DNA of 64,000 nt from Phoronis australis (Eukaryota > Animalia > Phoronida). Under the pieces are notes generated by a model. It did not search any database and was not told where the DNA came from. It saw only the letters and a list, made by a program, of their open reading frames with translations. This document shows, in pieces, positions 11,645 to 23,798 of this stretch (positions are counted from its first letter, which is position 1; the number at the start of each line of letters is the position of its first letter). Location of the stretch: positions 169,162 to 233,161 of the forward strand of contig NMRA01000641.1 in assembly GCA_002633005.1 (NCBI GenBank). The letters run 5' to 3'. A program made the position numbers and the translations under genes.

Positions 11645-12391
11645 GATGTCAGCATTCCCGTGCTGCCATTATGGCGTTTTGTCCATGCCCATCTTGCAGA
11701 GTCTTAGTTAGTTTTATCTATTTACGTCATAATAAATGACAATATTCGCAATCCTCCTCTTGTTTTACTCTGCAACATAGCTCGTGGCGTACCCCGGGCA
11801 AAATAGATTACGATAAATTAAATTTAACTTGTTAAATGCATTTATCGTCATTATTTTATTTATTATACTTGTCTCTTTATTTTGATACCAGTCCTTAGGG
11901 TTTACTTTGCATTACTCATCTCTATTTATAGCCTCAAGGCTCTACTTTTGTATTCATACGTTTCTCTACTCGACTCCTGATTGGTCGCCCATATTTCCTT
12001 TGTTCAGTTCAACGTGGTCTCTCATTCAGCCACCTACCTCGTCGTCTACAAGACCTACGTTCGTTCTCTTCGTTTTTCCCCACCCCCCATCCCGGGTGTC
12101 GGCTCCACTTTCTCTTTGCTCATATACATTTCCTGTTAGGTTTTTTCAAGTTTTGTGTTCATGTTCTGTACTTTTCCTTTAGGCCCTTCAGGCAGTTCTT
12201 TTGTTTTGTTCCCTCTTTCAGGACTATTCATTGTACACGCCGGTGGTCGTTTTGTCCATGCCCATCTTGCAGAGTCTTAGTTAGTTTTATCTATTTACGT
12301 CATAATAAATGACAATATTCGCAATCCTCCTCTTGCTTTACTCTGCAACATAGCTCGTGGCGTACCCCGGGCAAAATAGATTACGATAAAT
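11645..12391 (+). mobile_element. Orphan 3' terminus (B1-spacer-B2) of the Ngaro-type element, in carboxypeptidase intron 2
   Basis: Colinear and highly similar to about 26588-27404; 145-bp direct repeats at about 11673-11818 and 12245-12391; no ORFs attached. Confidence 0.9.
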
Positions 12392-13038
12392 ATTTTTTCT
12401 ACGAGACTAATCGTCTCCTCATTCACGGTTTTCCCCCACAGTTCTCGTCTCTCCCACAGTTCTCGTCTCTCCCACAGTTCTCGTCTCAATATTATTGGAA
12501 CGCCGGCATGAGCCTGTATCCTCATATGTTAACCAAAATTACAGACAAGGGCCGTCTTTTTTCCAGGCAATCAGAGGAGGCTGTAATGAATCCTCTCGTG
12601 CAGAACCCCGGGAAAGGACAAAGACGGGAGAGGATGTGGCGCGAAATTGAACAGAGGGGAATATTGGTGGCCACCGGGGAGCCATCATGTTATCTTTTAA
12701 GCAGAGGAAATTGACTTTTTTACTTAGGAAGCGTAAAGGCGATTTACTTAGCCTACACTTCCCTGAAAAGCAAATATTTCCTCACGAACTATCATTTTTA
12801 TGAACAGCATTCTCTACTCATGAACTACGTTTTCTCTGAAGAAATTGTTCCTGATAAAGGAATGTTGCTCGTAGACTGTGGTTCGCGACAAAAATGCATT
12901 GGTAAAATTATCGTTTTGGTTCTTCATAGATCGCGGGAAATGGTTGTTGAGAAAGAACGTTGTCATAATGTGCGTACATTTGGTAAAGCAGGAGTATCGA
13001 TCTTAAATCGAATGAGGCCAAGGAAATGTAACTCTTAC

Positions 13039-13175
13039 GTTTGAATGTTTTCATGGATAATTTCATAACCAGTCTTCCAGGAATCCAGCCTGTCAGTTAA
13101 GTTGTCAAACATGCCCGGTGGGACCAGGAATTCTGTTGGTTTGTCCTTTTGTATACCACCACTCCAAAAGTCTAC
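13039..13175 (-). CDS. Carboxypeptidase exon 2 (activation peptide)
   Basis: ttcag|VDFWSGGIQKDKPTEFLVPPGMFDNLTDRLDSWKTGYEIIHENIQ|gtaag; DFW...VPP...IHENIQ matches M14 propeptide; phase 0 to 2. Confidence 0.9.
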
Positions 13176-13699
13176 CTGAAATAGCAAGGTACAGATTGTA
13201 TATAGGACGAAGACTGTCCTTATGTGTTTATGCTGGTGTGGTTCGCTATATCAATATGTAAATCTTGAATCGAAGTGGAAATATACATCACAAACATTAT
13301 GTCACGTGATGCGGCCAACAGGTAGCTTGCAAACATGTTTGTGTATGGTTTGTGTATGGTTTGTGTATTGAGTTCCTTGTCTTTTCTATTTCCTCACAGC
13401 CATTATAGTATCCTTCTTGTCATTGCAGTTGGCACTGACGTTGTCACGTCATTGTCACATTCATTTTCGTCGTTTTAATACTACTTTTATTATCATGTGC
13501 CCATGTCATGTTAAAAAGAAAATGTTTGTTTGTGTAAGGGTATGTTTTCCATTTATAATGTTTTCACTATTATTTCACGCACAAGAGAGCACCTGTGATC
13601 AGTTGATATTGGTTGCTTTCGCACATAAAATTGTTCTTAACAGTAATGCAATAAGTAGCACCTTTAAAATTCTTGAAGGTCTACTTATTTAAAAGTTCA

Positions 13700-15160
13700 A
13701 TTTATGGCTCTAAATGTACACGCATCGCATTGTCATCATAGTGATCCAGAGTTGATTTTTTTGTGCGGAGATCACATTAGGGCTGCCAAAATTAGCAACA
13801 AAGAAATCAAAATTTTATAATATGACGATGACACAGTACTCTGCCTAGACGGCTAAAAGAGTTTTTAAATTTGTCTCTTAATCTTCTTGTCCTGTTTCAT
13901 AAATTTTCAGGGTTCAAACCAAATATAGGAAAGATGTGTGTGGGTTGGGGAGGAGACATTAGTGGTTATTGTCTTGGCTTAAATATCAATCTTTCTTGGA
14001 TAATGGCTGGCTTTACCTTAAAAGTTGTCGAACTTACCAGAACGAAAAATTAATGAAATTGGAACAGAAATATTAACGTGATTTAGAAGATCATTAACTC
14101 CCCTTGGCAGAACGCTGTAATTAGTTATGTATCTCTTGTTATCGGAAATCCATTCGCTCTTCACTAAGCCATAGTCATCCAGACAATCTGTTAAACCCTT
14201 TGAAAATAACTATTCACGTTTCCTTGGCAAAACCATATAATAAACACAACTGAAATAATACAAAGAGGTTGTAAAATGATTCATTCTGAATTTTTTATAA
14301 ATTGTCTTAAGCTAGACATTTGAAAAATGGTTCTTTTTACGATTGAGTAGTCCTAACATCTTGCATATGGTAAGGTGTTTAAAGATAATTACAAATTTTT
14401 ACTGATCTGAAGTATTTGGTTTACGTCGCCCAAATATGGAACATTGAGCAAAATGGAGAGTTTCAGGGTGAGCTACACTTGTGTACTGGCAATACATTTG
14501 TAAATAAATCAACTGTCTTGTTTAAGTGTTGGTACGGAAAGGAATTACATCACAGAACTCTAGCCCTGGAATGCCAACTGCGATGTCGCGACCGCTGAGG
14601 TAACGCCGCTGCTTTCGTTTCTTCCTGTTTGTGTACTTGCTATGGAATTTACTATAATTAAAACTTTTCGCCGTTTTTCAACCGAATTGCATGATGATAA
14701 CCGTATTATTAGTAAACCCTTTGTTATTTCATGTTGATTATACAAGAAGCAAATGATAAATAACGTAATTCATAATTAACATTTTACTGGTTTACAAGTA
14801 TTTGTTAATTCTAAATACCAAGACTGTTATCAAAATGCGAAAAATAACAGCATGTAATGGTAACATAAAAAGGAAATGGACCAGAGAGGTGTATAAAAGA
14901 CTAGATAAGCCATTAGAGAAATAATTTCAATGACTGAAAAGATTTCTACCCTACAAAGATAAGGTTTCAAATTATCGATCCCTCACACTCGCTATAGATA
15001 ATTTAGTCAGGAATTCATCCGAATACATCTTTATATATCATGATTATTTTGGCCTTTGGTGCCGTTTGATACAGTTACATTTTTCATTAAAAATTCAGAA
15101 TTCAGCGACATTTACAAAAATGTGATAAACTACTCAAAGTATCTATTCAAAATATGCAGG
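13700..15160 (+). mobile_element. Highly decayed L1/Tx1-like LINE RT fragments
   Basis: IRAAKISNKEIKIL*YDDDTVLCL...FHKFSGFKPNIGK resembles the YADD region of L1/Tx1 RT; many stops; right boundary uncertain. Confidence 0.55.
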
Positions 15161-15212
15161 TAAGTGTTGTGATGGATAAAAATGGACAAACATCAATCAC
15201 GTATCATTGAAA

Positions 15213-16306
15213 TGTACTGTGGATTGCTCATCACACTGGTTGTACTGTGAATAGCTCATCACATTGGTTGTACTGTGAATAGCTCATCACATTGGTTGTA
15301 CTGCGGATAGCTCATCACATTGGTTGTACTGTGAATAGCTCATCACATTAGTTGTACAGTGGATAGCTCATCACATTGGTTGTACTGTGGATAGCTCATC
15401 ACATTGGTTGTACTGTGGATAGCTCATCACATTGGTTGTACTGTGGATAGCTCATCACATTGGTTGTACTGTGGATAGCTCATCACATTGGTTGTACTGT
15501 GGATAGCTCATCACATTGGTTGTACTGTGGATAGCTCATCACATTGGTTGTACTGTGGATAGCTCATCACATTGGTTGTACTGTGGATAGCTCATCACAT
15601 TGGTTGTACTGTGGATAGCTCATCACATTGGTTGTACTGTGGATAGCTCATCACATTGGTTGTACTGTGGATAGCTCATCACATTGGTTGTACTGTGGAT
15701 AGCTCATCACATTGGTTGTACTGTGGATAGCTCATCACATTGGTTGTACTGTGGATAGCTCATCACATTGGTTGTACTGTGGATAGCTCATCACATTGGT
15801 TGTACTGTGGATAGCTCATCACATTGGTTGTACTGTGGATAGCTCATCACATTGGTTGTACTGTGGATAGCTCATCACATTGGTTGTACTGTGGATAGCT
15901 CATCACATTGGTTGTACTGTGGATAGCTCATCACATTGGTTGTACTGTGAATAGCTCATCACATTGGTTGTACTGTGGATAGCTCATCACATTGGTTGTA
16001 CTGTGAATAGCTCATCACATTGGTTGTACTGTGGATAGCTCATCACATTGGTTGTACTGTGAATAGCTCATCACATTGGTTGTACTGTGGATAGCTCATC
16101 ACATTGGTTGTACTGTGAATAGCTCATCACATTGGTTGTACTGTGGATAGCTCATCACATTGGTTGTACTGTGAATAGCTCATCACATTGGTTGTACTGT
16201 GGATAGCTCATCACATTGGTTGTACTGTGAATAGCTCATCACATTGGTTGTACTGTGGATAGCTCATCACATTGGTTGTACTGTGAATAGCTCATCACAT
16301 TGGTTG
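15213..16306. repeat. 28-bp minisatellite, about 39 copies
   Basis: (tgtactgtg[g/a]atagctcatcacattggt)n, head-to-tail with no spacers. Confidence 0.98.
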
Positions 16307-16896
16307 ATCGCGGAAATTCATTAGTTGACGTTTTGTGGCGGACCACAGATACATATGGGCATGACTAGTGTTTAAACTGTAATTATGAACCTATGCCCGA
16401 TGTAAATTATGAGTGAATATTATTGAAAATAAGTAGGAATTTTTTCATGCATCGCCCCTAATTTAAGAACGGGTAAGTCCCTAATTATTTTGACTCAGTT
16501 AAGGGGTCAATGTTTAGTTTTATTACTAGAAAATGTAATTAGCTAAAGAGGAACTCATAATAAAGATAAAATGATAAAAATACATCTGTGAGTAAAGAAC
16601 GAAACAAATACGCAAAAGATTTAGGGAACTTAGTTGGGTCCCTATTTGTGATTATTTCATGCATCCTTGCACTAGTGCAGTTTTAATAATAAACACGTCA
16701 CAATTTTGACACGTTCAGAAATACTTGTGATGCAAACATCCTCTAACAATTGAAAATATGATATCCTAGATTTTCTAGAGTAAACTAAAATTGTCTCCTT
16801 ATCACAGACAAGTATCTTCAATTGGCGGAAAGAATAGTTACAGCCGTGCACTTCAAGTACAAAACTCGTGATTTTTACGAGGACCACGTGTCTTAC

Positions 16897-17055
16897 CCCT
16901 GATTGCTCCAGTTCTTGTAGTTTCTGAACTTGTTCCGTTGTCGTTGGCGTCGTCTTCAGCAGACGATAGTTGCCATAGGTAACTCGGCCAAAGCAACTTT
17001 CTCCGCTTATACTCAAAAAAATTATGCTCAGATAGATGAAACGGTATCTCAACAT
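16897..17055 (-). CDS. M14A zinc carboxypeptidase (CPA/CPB-like), coding exon 1: signal peptide and start of pro-domain
   Basis: MLRYRFIYLSIIFLSISGESCFG signal-like peptide, then RVTYGNYRLLKTTP..QVQKLQEL (typical propeptide start); ends at GGG|GTAAGA donor, phase 0. Confidence 0.9.
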
Positions 17056-17522
17056 TTTGAGCTGCGCACGACGAATGTTTCTCGCGTGTTACAATGCAGG
17101 CAGCGGCTACGTCTGTCTGACCTGACAGTTCCTAACGCCTAGGTCGGAACGTTGCCATGGAAATATTCTTGGTTTCGTGATAGGTGTTTTGAGAAATGCA
17201 GAACGTCCGAACGATGTTTATTCGCACATCATCTATTGATTTCTGAAGTAAAGATAGTAGTACTGTATAGAATGAGCATCAAACTGGTTGTACGATTTAT
17301 TTTTGAAAATAGATTTTTTTTCAGATTCAAGACCAGTCAATGAAATTTCGTGTTGGCAGGTAATGACCCGGTGGGCAAAACCGATAATATGAAAGCGTTT
17401 TGAGTTGTGAAGCAGTTAGACGGGCAATCGATCTCAAGTTGTTTCATGATAACAATGAGATGTTTCAAAATGATTAGGAGATTATTGAAATCCAAATCGT
17501 TCAGCAATAACAAAATGCTACA

Positions 17523-17565
<43 letters not shown>

Positions 17566-17588
17566 GGATGAGGAGGAGGAGGAGGAGG

Positions 17589-17626
<38 letters not shown>

Positions 17627-17650
17627 AATAATAATGATGATACTGATAAT
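17523..17650. repeat. Compound (GAT)n(GAG)n(GAT)n(AAT)n microsatellite about 0.5 kb upstream of the carboxypeptidase ATG
   Basis: Directly visible trinucleotide runs. Confidence 0.95.
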
Positions 17651-18662
17651 TATCACTGCTCTAAAATAAAGAATGAAGTTGAGGATAAAGGCTCACGAGA
17701 ATGTAGTTTCTTCACATCGTGGCTTGAAATTTCACCTGCCGATACGACTAACGTTGAAAGACTGCATAGGGGTTGCGAGACGGGAAAATGAACAATGCGT
17801 AATTTAAGCAAATGGCGCGAAAAGGTGAAATTGTTACAGCGAGAATCATAGCGTGCACACCGCTTCAAATTTACCGTCGTGTTAACCAGAAACGTAAATT
17901 GTGTTTCAGGTGTGACAGAAGTTTCTTCCTGCAGAAAAACGATGGTTTCAAGTCACATCTGAGACCACAGACCGTGGTACTTCGAGCTCGTACTCACTCA
18001 CTCACTTTACAATCAAGCAAGGGTGTATTATTTCCTTGAATACGTGTGGTTAGTTTTTGTACAACGCTACATAAATACGGGGACAACAGTTTTGGATCGC
18101 ACTGGGTAAAAAATAATAGAAATAAAAGTAGGACTAATAATAGCGACGCAGACGGTTGATAAGCGCCGTCGTGTACATTGCCAACAGCAAAGAAATACTG
18201 AGAAGAGTGCTAATTTTTCAGATACTTCTATGATAGTGGGGTCCATACAAAGATCAACTTCAGTTGTGCTCACTTAGATAAGGAACATCAAATTGCATGA
18301 AGATCCACCCTGTGAGATAAAATAGCAATTTTTATGTCTGTACACCAACATTGCCTCCAGTTGCGCTTTTATCAATAAGGACACGAATATCAATTTTCAC
18401 GACAAAAATATACCAAAGACCTCGGTTGACAGGCAAACGCAAAGAAAACCAAAATGGCCTCAGTCGACAGATTTGTTGTAAAATTAGCAGTATGCATGCT
18501 TTCAATCATAGAACGTTAGCCCTAGTAAAATTCAGTAGCTGCCTAGCGGCTAGAAAAATCTAGCCAAAATCACGTGTACCCATTTGAAATTCACGGCAAT
18601 ATCTCACGTAATCTCGCGAAGTCTTGCTTTTTAGCGAGGTCCTAGCGTAGGTCCTAGCGTTA

Positions 18663-19235
18663 CTCTCGCTGGTTCTCTGCGTGCCTGCACGCAGGTATCA
18701 TTTAAATTTCCTCGGGAAATTTTTTTACACCGGCATTTCTGATTGGCTGATCGAATTCTCAACGAGTAGCGCTTTACGCAAACAGACTGGCATGACTGAT
18801 GGAGGAAGTGTAAATGTTGTACAGACAAATCGGTGTTTAATTCATGTTCAAGAAATGTGAATCAGAAAATCGTGGTTGCCAAACAAAAGGCTCGGAGCCT
18901 ATTTCGGAGTGCATCTTTCTACTGTCGCTGATTTTTGTTTACGTTGCTGTCCCATATCCACACAGTATGAATAACACACCGGTTAAATTGGCCAGATGTT
19001 TGTTTATTGTACATCTATGTGCTTTAAGCGCGCTGCTATTAAAGATTACTGCTGAAACGAAATAATTGCTGCTACGTCACTTGCATGACAAGGCTAAAAA
19101 TCGTTCATAGTCCGCCATTTTAATTATTTCTTTATTGTAAAGCTAACCAATGACTGCCGCGGTTACATCAACCAGTGATAAACTGCGTGGTACTGAATGA
19201 TACCACCTAGCGGACACGCAGGGAACCAGCGAGAG
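18663..19235 (+). mobile_element. MITE family A (about 560 bp), copy 1
   Basis: Ends ctctcgctggttc...gaaccagcgagag; body shared with 35310-35752 and 47314-47865. Confidence 0.85.
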
Positions 19236-21710
19236 CGTCTCTGCGGCTCTACTATACCAGGGCCAGAGTTCTATTTTTCAATTAACCACGTGTTAATAAG
19301 TATGCCAAACGTCCTGATGATCCATCGCTGCTAGATGCCAAGATATTTGGATCAACGACAGCCGTGCTCTCCGCAACGGGATCTCGTGTATCAAATTCCA
19401 CTAGGATTCTTCAAATTAGGTGTATATTGCGGCAGACACAAAGAAAACTAAAATTGCAAATGGAGGACCCACAGATCTGCCCAAAATTAATAATGCATTA
19501 TTATACACAAATACGCTCATTCGATACAATATTCGTTGTTTTCCGTACGACGCTATAATATATGTATAATTAGAGAACGGTTTTTACAGCCAAATCGAAG
19601 CTTCTTCTTTTCTAACGGAATTTTAAGGAACTGAAACTGTTTTCCGATAGTCTGAAACCATACAGGAGTATGCACTGAGATTTCGTTCCTACACTTTGAC
19701 CATTCACCACTAACACGCCATTTTCCAACGAACAATCGGCGATTTTTTGATTTTTTTAGATTTACTGAAGCTCCTTACCACTTTTTCAAACTTGGAGGAA
19801 ATCTGTTTCCAAGCAACAAACTTTTTAATCAATCGTATCAACCTTACCTTGAAAGCCAGAACAACTGAACATTATCACGGCATCCTGCTTTCATCTCACT
19901 AAAACTACATAGTCTCAGAATGAAGTTTGGCCTAGTCACCAAAGCGAAAGTCTGCCCGTTATCGTCAAACGCACTTAGTGACACGTAAGTCGACTGTTTA
20001 TTTTAGCCAATAATGTACAGTGACACTGCCATCGTAGTCGCATAGTTCGAAGTGCGCAAACTCGACGATTTTTAAATCGTCTCAAAGACGTATTTTGAAT
20101 ACAGTGAAGTGGTGATGCGAAGGAGACGATTGCCAAGATATGAGTGCTTATCCACATCGCCTCGGAGTTCAAGGGCGGACATTCGCACCCCCGAGCTGCC
20201 AAATTGAACCTGGGAGAATTTTAGGGGGGCCATGACCCCCTTGCCCCTTCCCCCCTAAATCCGCCATTGCTTACGTAAACTTTATGAATCTGGACCAATT
20301 AATGGATTTTTGCACACTTGCCGGAGTCAGAGAAATGAGTTGTTGTGTCACGTGACCATCACGAGAAGGTGCTTGTAAAATTAGGTAGCCTCGCGTAGCA
20401 AGGCGTCAGTGAGTGTTTGAAACGTAGAATTATCGCGGAGGAAAATGCCAGCGTAAAAGACAAGACGACATTTAGAACTGGCTCGGAGAGAAGTAAGCGA
20501 TAAAATCTCTGAAGACGGCTAAGATGTGTGTTCAAATTTCAAAGTAGCTGGGTGACTTTTTTAGAGTTTTCTAAGCTGCGCTACATCGGAAAACCGGCGG
20601 GACAGCTAGCAAGCGTTCTCTCAAGCAATCGCATTTCTAAAAATAACTTACGGCCTTAGCTTAATGTTTGAGTATCACCTACAATCCTTTGTGAATCCTA
20701 CGGATAACGAAGGGTAATGTTTTAACGCACACAAATCATCTCCCGAGTTTAAATAACGCCACTGTCAGAACTGAATAAGTCAGTGTAGGCCTATCACTCC
20801 AGTAACCTTCAGCATTTATGCCGGGGTTATTTACTTGAGTAAAATGCACGTGTTGAAATTTATTAAGGTTGTTTCTAGATCGCTTTCCGCTATGTACTGT
20901 ACGGTCGAATCATACATAACTAGTAGAATTAAAAACATACAGTTTGTACTATATACTTGCGGTACATGGCAATAGGGCCGTCCCGAATTACACAGCGACA
21001 CTCGAATCTCGCAGTGTTTACCCATAATGCCGTAAACATTCGTCAGGCACATTTGCTGCCTTGTTTTCGAGCCACTGGAGTTTCACATGTTATTTGTTGA
21101 TGTCTGATTCTTAACAAGCTTATCTCGGTTGCATTACTCTATTCGTTCTTCCTATGCTAACGAAGTATTAAGTATTATGTTGAGGGCTGCAACACCGGCG
21201 TGAAAAAAATTTATAAACTGGACAAGTACACGTGGATGCGTGATCTAAAATTCTTTGCCTTCCCGACATTAATAAGAGACACGAGAATGTGCCTGATTTC
21301 AAAAACTAGATCACGTACTTTCTTATTTCCATAATAACGGCTAATAAAAGTCATCTATATTGCATACAAACATCTCATGTTGGGTGACAATATCTGACGA
21401 GTGCAGTTTTCAAATGCATATTCTATGCTACTGTTACTGAATGCCGAATCGTGTCAGTTTGCGTTCTTTCTAGGAATCGTCATGAAAAAATGCATGGAAA
21501 ACTATGCCTCAACATTGTTGTTCTCAATGCAGGGTAAAGAATCGTTATCCGATAAATACATGCAAGGTTTGTTACATTTAATTCAACCGACATCAAAACA
21601 GTCGCGTTTCAGATTACACTCTTTCTAAGAATAGTCATGACAAAATGCTTGAAAACTGTGCCTCGGAGTTGTTGTTCTCAATGCAAGGTAAAGAATCGTT
21701 ATCCTATAAA

Positions 21711-22582
21711 TATAGATTATTACATGGCGAAGTCGTTATCCACCGTTATCTAGAGCCCGAGTGGATTTTGGAGAATTATCGCCCGAGGGGTGTTAGCCCC
21801 GAGAGTGATAATTCTACAAAATCCACGAGGGCTCTAGATAAGGGGGATAACGACTGAGAACATGTAATAATCTATTTATACCACATACTAAACGAGAAAC
21901 AATGCAATGAATCGATTTACCTGTTCTGACTATCCACGGCTTTGTAACTACTTTCTATGTCAGAGGCCCGGGGTCGGAGGTCGTGACCTTTTAAGAAAAG
22001 CCGAGATATTTTTGTAAAATAATGCTTTTACTCAAAACCAATTGAAAAATAAAACAAAACAGAAATAAAGTGAATCTATAAGTTAACGTTTAGCAACTAT
22101 TATAGCTTACTACACATTTTATCACGCTAAGCTTCGACCAGGAATATATCGTCTGCTAAAGTAGTTTACCACTAGTAACTGACTATAATGCTCAAGTCAA
22201 AGGATCCCGACCACACCGACACCTGCATTCAAATTAGAGATCGGTGATTTACAAGTGAGAGAACACGAGAGAAAAATTTCACTGAATTGAAATATTATTT
22301 TTATGGAAATTATGCGTCTTATTTTTCATAGCGTATAAATGTCGGTGCAATGCCTTTGCTGAACATGCGATTGTTGCGCGTGCTCATTCAAGTATTCTAT
22401 TTTCACGTTCGATGACGTCAGCCACTGAGTGGTGTAGTGGTAAAGTCGGCGACTCGCAACTGTTGAGGCCCGGGTTCGACTCCGTCCTCGGTTTCCCGCC
22501 AAAACGTTATCTCACTAGCGAGATAACTTTATGGGTTATTACACGGTTGTATCTGCCATTCGAGGCTAATATTGTGGTATAA
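21711..22582 (+). mobile_element. Palindrome-ended non-autonomous element (possibly Crypton-like) with an internal tRNA-like segment, copy 1
   Basis: About 150-bp imperfect palindrome 21718-21870; tRNA-like A box TGGTGTAGTGG and B box GGTTCGACTCC at about 22428-22483; ends gtggtataat; related copies at 27466-28154 and 28494-30853. Confidence 0.7.
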
Positions 22583-22667
22583 TGTCATTTATTATGACGT
22601 AAATGGATAAAACTAACTAAGACTCTGCAAGATGGGCAGCACGGGAATGCTCTGGCATCGCCCATCC
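22581..22667 (-). mobile_element. Inverted fragment of the Ngaro terminal B repeat
   Basis: Reverse complement reads ggatgggcgatgccagagcattcccgtgctgcccatcttgcagagtcttagttagttttatccatttacgtcataataaatgaca, matching about 26580-26682 with an internal deletion of about 22 bp. Confidence 0.88.
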
Positions 22668-22943
22668 ATGTGTACAGACGTTCTTTTGTACTACACGAGG
22701 TTGATTGCATTCAATTCAACTGATATTACAATAGTCGCGTTTCAGTTTGCGTTCTTTCCAAGGATCGTCATGAAAAAATGCTTGAAATGCTATTCCCAGA
22801 AATTGTTGTTCGCTTTTATGCTTAGCCTGGTTTTAGAAGCTGAGGCCAATAGATGACGCTATAGTTCAAAAGATAGTGTAAAAGAGCGCTCCACAATTTT
22901 AGCAGCAAAATAAACGTAGAACGCCTACTGTAATTTTTTAACA

Positions 22944-23798
22944 CCGGTCGCTCCGCCGCTCACTGTTAGCCAGCCGCTGGACCTGTCACCTTCGATCTAC
23001 CCCTCCCAGCCGACGTTCACTGCCCCACCTTCAGCCTCCGATTCGACTACCTCTCCGTCTTTTTCGGGTATTGACCCTTCTTCCAATAATTTGTATGTGT
23101 CATTGCCTCTGGGGTTTCATGTTGACTCCAAAACTCGTCAACGCATCTTCAACAACGAGTTCATTGACTTTTCTTCTCTCCTTTCAGGTGAGCCATCCGC
23201 CTCCTCCACTCCCTCTGTCTCCATCTCCTTCACCGGTAACACTCCCGTCTTTTCCAGCTCTACACGTCCAAAGGCCATCTCATCCATTCTGCAGTGGACC
23301 CAGGCGTTCAATATTTTCCAGTCCATCCTGGTCCAGAAGTTTCCACAGGATGCCCCTAAGCTCCCAAAGTATTCGACCATAGTTCATGACTGCAACACAC
23401 ACTACGGCCTTTCTGCGGCCTTGTTTTATGATACCCATTTCAGAAAATTCCGGTCTTCTTTCCCCTTCGAGTGGGACCACATCCACTGGGACCTGTGGCG
23501 CCAAGTTTGCCTCAAGTTCAACAAGATCCAACGCCACCCAACCAACAGTCACTCCTTTCGTCAGGGCTCCTCCACCTCCACATTTTTTCGAGGCCCCCGT
23601 GCCCCAACCCCTAACCCCAACTCTTTCCCCACAGGTATCTGCTGGAAGTTCAACGACCAATCCTGCAACCTTCCCCTCTGCCGATACCAGCATTGTTGTG
23701 GCTTCTGCGGCGCCAACCACCCAGCGCGGTCATGCACCGCCAAAACCACCAACCCACATGCCAGGTATCCCAACACCCGTAAAAGTAAGCAAACTTAA
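22944..23798 (+). CDS. Ngaro gag-like ORF1, N-terminus missing
   Basis: Frame open from about 22920 with no ATG; PLGFHVDSKTRQRIFNNEFIDFSSLL motif; C-terminal zinc finger CWKFNDQSCNLPLCRYQHCCGFCGANH. Confidence 0.85.
   Translation, partial: PVAPPLTVSQPLDLSPSIYPSQPTFTAPPSASDSTTSPSFSGIDPSSNNLYVSLPLGFHVDSKTRQRIFNNEFIDFSSLLSGEPSASSTPSVSISFTGNTPVFSSSTRPKAISSILQWTQAFNIFQSILVQKFPQDAPKLPKYSTIVHDCNTHYGLSAALFYDTHFRKFRSSFPFEWDHIHWDLWRQVCLKFNKIQRHPTNSHSFRQGSSTSTFFRGPRAPTPNPNSFPTGICWKFNDQSCNLPLCRYQHCCGFCGANHPARSCTAKTTNPHARYPNTRKSKQT

Larger units (their letters stand above)
21450..22815. repeat. Degenerate tandem repeat of about 165 bp (3 units) split by later insertions
   Basis: cagtttgcgttctttc..gaatcgtcatgaaaaaatgc..ttgttgttc recurs near 21455, 21610 and 22745. 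Confidence 0.7.

Noticed and set aside
15213-16306. CRISPR-like array (28-bp repeat)
   Set aside because: Units are head-to-tail with no unique spacers, there are no cas genes, and the array is in a eukaryotic intron.
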